The translations under genes and the position numbers were made by a program. Below are positions 55,956 through 59,441 of a DNA stretch of 59,441 nucleotides, one piece after another. Origin of the DNA: a virus (Duplodnaviria; Caudoviricetes). The stretch's first letter is position 1. Each line of letters opens with the position of its first letter. The notes beneath the pieces are model-generated. The model was not told the DNA's origin. It did not search any database and saw only the letters and a list, made by a program, of their open reading frames with translations. The stretch is from positions 1-59,441 of the IMG/VR virus record IMGVR_UViG_3300030104_000577; one strand, written 5' to 3'.

Positions 55956-56799
55956 AATTCCAGTACCCCTTTTTTACACCTATTTTAATTATTTCTAACA
56001 CTCCTTCTTCTATCGCTTTTTGTAACGCTATTGATGTGCTTTCATTCGCTGACACACCCCCCTCTACCTCTATGAGTCTTGTCCCTTGATCTATAAATCG
56101 AAATAAATCTTGTGACAAACCTACAGATAAAACATTTTTAGAAGCTAGTGTTTCTATCAATACTTCACCTGTGGATACAGATACTAATCGTAAACTAATC
56201 GTTATCAGATCCTCTCTGTACTCTTTACTAGAGCCGATGCCGAGGTAACGAGCACCTAAACCACCACTCTTTATATTAGTATCATAACTCAAAACTCCTC
56301 CCTGTACTAAAAGTCCAGCAAAAAGTAATGGTTTTACATTACTGTCTTCTTCAAAACTTTCTCTAGTAGAGCGTATTATTTGTCTCTCTTTAGTTAAACT
56401 TTCTAACCCTACCCTTTCTACTACTTTAAAAAATTCGCCCTCTGCAGCGTGTTTTAAAGCTCTTATAAGATACGCTTCTGGAGCTTGTGTAATAGCTGTA
56501 CTAAACAAAGCAAACTCACTGTTGCTTTTCCTTTGACCTGTGTGATCTCTAAAACTGTTAGGATATATAGCTATCACTGGTTTTCTTTTAGAAGGTGGTG
56601 TATTTTTCAACTCTTCTGACTGTAAAGAAAGTATAGAAGAGCTCTGTATAACTACGTGTGGGAAACCACCACCCTCTAATAAATTTTTAGACGCGCAACT
56701 AGAAAGTAAAATCGCCAATAGGCACAGTAATAACTGTCGTCCCACCTGTCTCGTCTGTGATCGTGAGAGAGATAGTATCGTTTTCAACAATGTATTCAA
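55945..56799 (-). CDS. csgG: Curli secretion channel CsgG-like lipoprotein (alternative GTG start 56745)
   Basis: Lipobox LSSC; FRDHTGQRK, FSTAITQ, VVERVGL..L.KERQIIR, GG.GARYLGIG, LRLVSVSTGEVL. Confidence 0.85.
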   Translation of the reverse strand: MNTLLKTILSLSRSQTRQVGRQLLLCLLAILLSSCASKNLLEGGGFPHVVIQSSSILSLQSEELKNTPPSKRKPVIAIYPNSFRDHTGQRKSNSEFALFSTAITQAPEAYLIRALKHAAEGEFFKVVERVGLESLTKERQIIRSTRESFEEDSNVKPLLFAGLLVQGGVLSYDTNIKSGGLGARYLGIGSSKEYREDLITISLRLVSVSTGEVLIETLASKNVLSVGLSQDLFRFIDQGTRLIEVEGGVSANESTSIALQKAIEEGVLEIIKIGVKKGYWNYDE

Positions 56800-57139
56800 T
56801 AGTGTTGCCCTCTAGTGTTAACTTACCTTCTGTTTGTTTAGTTTCTCCAAACAACTGTTCTACCATTTGTCTGCTTAGTTGCGCATAGATCCTACTCTCT
56901 AAATTTCTTATAAATCTAGCGAGTGTAGTATTATCTGCGTCTCTAGCTAATTCATCTTTGTATGCTTCTATCTCATCTTTTAATGCCTGTTTTCTAGTAG
57001 ACTCTTGATTCTCTATCGTAAGATAATGACTAGATGTATTTATCCCAGAAAAGCTAGGACTTTTAAATTTAAAAGACATTTCGTCAGAATATACTGGAAA
57101 CGATAATAACAATATTAAATATTTAATCTTTCTTATCAT
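56699..57139 (-). CDS. csgF: Curli assembly protein CsgF-like
   Basis: Signal peptide then F.FKSPSFSG, F..NLESRIYAQLS; adjacent to CsgG. Confidence 0.75.
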   Translation of the reverse strand: MIRKIKYLILLLSFPVYSDEMSFKFKSPSFSGINTSSHYLTIENQESTRKQALKDEIEAYKDELARDADNTTLARFIRNLESRIYAQLSRQMVEQLFGETKQTEGKLTLEGNTIEYIVENDTISLTITDETGGTTVITVPIGDFTF

Positions 57140-57380
57140 CTTTTAATCTGTTTTCCTCTTTTAACTCTAAAACAGTATTTACCTTTTGTTGTAATCTTAT
57201 CATATCTTGGTCTAATAAACGTAATTGATCAGTAAGTCTAATAATAGTTACCTTCATTTCCTGTACAGCAGGATCTATTTTCTTTGTGATTGTTTGCCAA
57301 ACAAAGAAAACAAAATAACCCAGCCCTACAACCATCACTATCGGGAAGCCAAACTCTGAAACTAATTTTACTATATCCAT
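57123..57380 (-). CDS. Small membrane protein (paralog of 57546..57842)
   Basis: FGFPI...GYFVFFV TM helix, DMIRL coiled coil. Confidence 0.65.
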   Translation of the reverse strand: MDIVKLVSEFGFPIVMVVGLGYFVFFVWQTITKKIDPAVQEMKVTIIRLTDQLRLLDQDMIRLQQKVNTVLELKEENRLKDDKKD

Positions 57381-57562
57381 TATTTGAACTTCTTCTGTAT
57401 ATATTTAATACCTGCATATATAGATAAACCATATACTGCAAACAAAGTTAGACTACCAAACACAATCAGGTAATCAGAGGGATATAGGTATATTAGTCCG
57501 AAAAGACCGTCTACAACTGCTTCTGCGTCTCCGACTGGAGGTAGATTAATCTCGTCTTGCAT
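57380..57562 (-). CDS. Small membrane protein
   Basis: Hydrophobic C-terminal helix; overlaps neighbours. Confidence 0.5.
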   Translation of the reverse strand: MQDEINLPPVGDAEAVVDGLFGLIYLYPSDYLIVFGSLTLFAVYGLSIYAGIKYIQKKFK

Positions 57563-57842
57563 CTATCTTCCCGTCTTCTACGAAATTTTCAGCTCTAGCT
57601 ATTCGCTCTAAATCAGGGGATAGATTCAATGCACTTGATACGCTAGTGTCTATGCGTATCATGTCGTTGTTCATTGTTGCTGCTCTGGTGATAAGCATTT
57701 TAGATATAGCTTGTACTGTATTAATTTCACCTACTAAAGCATCCATCATTTGCTTCATAACGAGAAATATGAAATAAGCCATTATTAAACCACCAGCAAC
57801 TGGTAGTCCTAAATCAGCTATTAATGCAAAACCTTGTTCCAT
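57546..57842 (-). CDS. Small membrane protein (paralog of 57123..57380)
   Basis: LGLPV...AYFIFLV TM helix, DMIRI. Confidence 0.65.
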   Translation of the reverse strand: MEQGFALIADLGLPVAGGLIMAYFIFLVMKQMMDALVGEINTVQAISKMLITRAATMNNDMIRIDTSVSSALNLSPDLERIARAENFVEDGKIDARRD

Positions 57843-58006
57843 TCATCCACCACCCCTTCTGTAACAATCGCCTCAAGAACTCCGACTATCATAACTCCTA
57901 TGATGTCTGCTTCTCTATCTGCTTCCTCTCTATCTCTAGCTATTATTTGTGGTCCAACATATTCAGTTCCATCTTCATCGTTTATTCTAGTTATAAAGAT
58001 CTTCAT
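57821..58006 (-). CDS. Hypothetical protein
   Basis: ATGA coupling; YVGP.I.A...EEA. Confidence 0.55.
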   Translation of the reverse strand: MKIFITRINDEDGTEYVGPQIIARDREEADREADIIGVMIVGVLEAIVTEGVVDEWNKVLH

Positions 58007-58317
58007 TCTTCACCTTTAAAATTTTTGCTAGAACTTGAGCTACCTGCGTATAGACCAAACCATGCTGCTCCTGCACCAACAATTATCGATATAAGACCAG
58101 ACTGTTCTAGGTTGGGCTCGGGTAACTCCATAAACCACATAACAGAGTAGTACAATAAAAATATATACACACTTAAAAACATACGAGGAAATATTCGCCA
58201 AGCATCTACCGCTCTCGCTAGATGAATCCATTTTTGATATGGATTAATGCTCCGTTCGTTGTGGACTGTGTCAACTTCAATTTCCAGCTCTATCTTCTTT
58301 TTAATATTTTCTTCCAT
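58003..58317 (-). CDS. Holin-like two-TM membrane protein
   Basis: DAWRIFPR followed by two TM helices. Confidence 0.5.
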   Translation of the reverse strand: MEENIKKKIELEIEVDTVHNERSINPYQKWIHLARAVDAWRIFPRMFLSVYIFLLYYSVMWFMELPEPNLEQSGLISIIVGAGAAWFGLYAGSSSSSKNFKGEE

Positions 58318-58493
58318 TACTTCTTCGCTTTTTTCTTTTTAACTTTTTTCTTTTTCTTGGCTCTTTTCACATACGCTTCGTTCTTAGCAGTTTTAGGATC
58401 ATCTGCTACGTATCTGCCTTTTTTATCTTTGGCTCGAACCGTTTCAAAAAGATTAGGAAAGAAAAAACATTTTATTTTATTCCATATACTCAT
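58317..58493 (-). CDS. Small basic protein (58 aa, absent from ORF track)
   Basis: Manual translation MSIWNKIKCFFFPNLFETVRAKDKKGRYVADDPKTAKNEAYV + Lys tail; GAGGA RBS. Confidence 0.7.
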   Translation of the reverse strand: MSIWNKIKCFFFPNLFETVRAKDKKGRYVADDPKTAKNEAYVKRAKKKKKVKKKKAKK

Positions 58494-58508
58494 GACACTT
58501 TTCCTCTG

Positions 58509-58694
58509 TTATACAAACTTTGCAAAAACTATAGATGCTAAAATGAATGGATATACTGCCCATATCATATTTTCTAGTTTTTTGAATTTAGCAGAACCTT
58601 CATCAAGACGTCTTTCGATATACTCGTATCGTATGGCACATTCTCTTTCATGCGCTTCTATTTTTGACAAAGAATCTTTTACTGTTGGCATCAT
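58509..58694 (-). CDS. Small coiled-coil + TM protein (XhlA-like)
   Basis: HERECAIRY..IERRL followed by C-terminal TM. Confidence 0.6.
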   Translation of the reverse strand: MMPTVKDSLSKIEAHERECAIRYEYIERRLDEGSAKFKKLENMIWAVYPFILASIVFAKFV

Positions 58695-59374
58695 GCCACC
58701 TGTATGTCCCAACAGTTAAGATTAGCAGCAACTGTTCTTCTTTCGCCTTTGCCTTTAAATGGGTAAACCATGTGTTGTAACCAACTTGGAAATAAATAAA
58801 GTTTTCCTACTTGCGGTTGTATTACAAAGCTCTGTGGAGGCTTTAAAATATCCACATCTGTAACGTGATTTTGTCCATACTGAAAAGCTAAATATCCATC
58901 ACAATCTCCACTAGCGTTGTATAGATTATATTCAGATGTTCCTGCAGTAGGTTGATCTAATATTTGCTGTGGTACTTTAGTCCAAGTTGTGCAAGAGATA
59001 CCCATCATTGTTTTTGTGCCATGACTGTGTATCGGATTGTAATCCCTTTCAAAGCTATGCACTGACCAAAGTTCATCCATTTCTACACGCTTATTCGTTT
59101 TGTATTGTGCGCCAGTAGCTTTTGAATAATGATTTATGTATTCAGCACCTAAAGCACACAACATATTAGTAAAATCAACAATTTTTTTATCTTCGTGATC
59201 CATTAATAGTTGTTGTCCATGTTGTATCTGACCAACAAGTGTACTAGCAAGTGATTTTCGTTTCTTTTTCTTCAAATAAGAATCTAAATACTTATTTAAA
59301 TTTTTTACCATTTCTTCTGGTACATCATGCTCTAGTACAAAAACACTAGGCATACCGTGGATTTGAGTAGCCAT
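58691..59374 (-). CDS. 2OG-Fe(II) oxygenase-like protein
   Basis: YNPIHSH, P..GKLYLFPSWLQHMVYPF, ERRTVAAN. Confidence 0.75.
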   Translation of the reverse strand: MATQIHGMPSVFVLEHDVPEEMVKNLNKYLDSYLKKKKRKSLASTLVGQIQHGQQLLMDHEDKKIVDFTNMLCALGAEYINHYSKATGAQYKTNKRVEMDELWSVHSFERDYNPIHSHGTKTMMGISCTTWTKVPQQILDQPTAGTSEYNLYNASGDCDGYLAFQYGQNHVTDVDILKPPQSFVIQPQVGKLYLFPSWLQHMVYPFKGKGERRTVAANLNCWDIQVA

Positions 59375-59375
59375 A

Positions 59376-59441
59376 TTAACTAGGTACTGAAAATGATTCG
59401 TCTGGCGTAGGATTCACTACTGGATTAGTAATAACTGAGTC
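59376..59441 (-). CDS. C-terminal fragment of an upstream gene
   Basis: Open frame DSVITNPVVNPTPDESFSVPS* ending just before next start. Confidence 0.5.
   Translation of the reverse strand, partial: DSVITNPVVNPTPDESFSVPS

Noticed and set aside
1-59441. tRNA genes, integrase, reverse transcriptase/DGR, alternative genetic code
   Set aside because: None recognisable by eye; core genes are intact under the standard code.

Overview
Most of an AT-rich tailed-phage genome, probably circularly permuted because both window ends fall inside virion or tail-type genes. The architecture is podovirus-like, resembling uncultured marine phages, and a spanin-like pair implies a Gram-negative host. Nearly all genes are on the minus strand. 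Modules: tail fibre and virion genes, major capsid, scaffold, GroES, portal and TerL (1-17.5 kb); a repeat-rich, mostly non-coding region that may be the genome terminus, with a Chi-site array and an inverted duplicated gene cassette (17.5-19.4 kb); small early genes with repeated promoter motifs and structured RNAs, TerS and DUF932 (19.5-28 kb); replication genes (PolA, exonuclease, UvrD, primase, SSB, SNF2) enclosing a thymidine-hypermodification cluster (28-41.5 kb); internal virion and tail proteins (41.5-53 kb); lysis genes, a curli-like CsgF/CsgG/curlin/FecR cassette and a 2OG-Fe(II) oxygenase (53-59.4 kb). The strongest candidate for an undescribed system is an antisense-RNA network. 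The structured 5' leader of the replication operon is complementary to the translation-initiation regions of three paralogous early genes. Two hairpins downstream of the third paralog display anti-Shine-Dalgarno plus anti-AUG sequences with no target I could find in the window. All alignments and folds were done by eye and no database searches were run.
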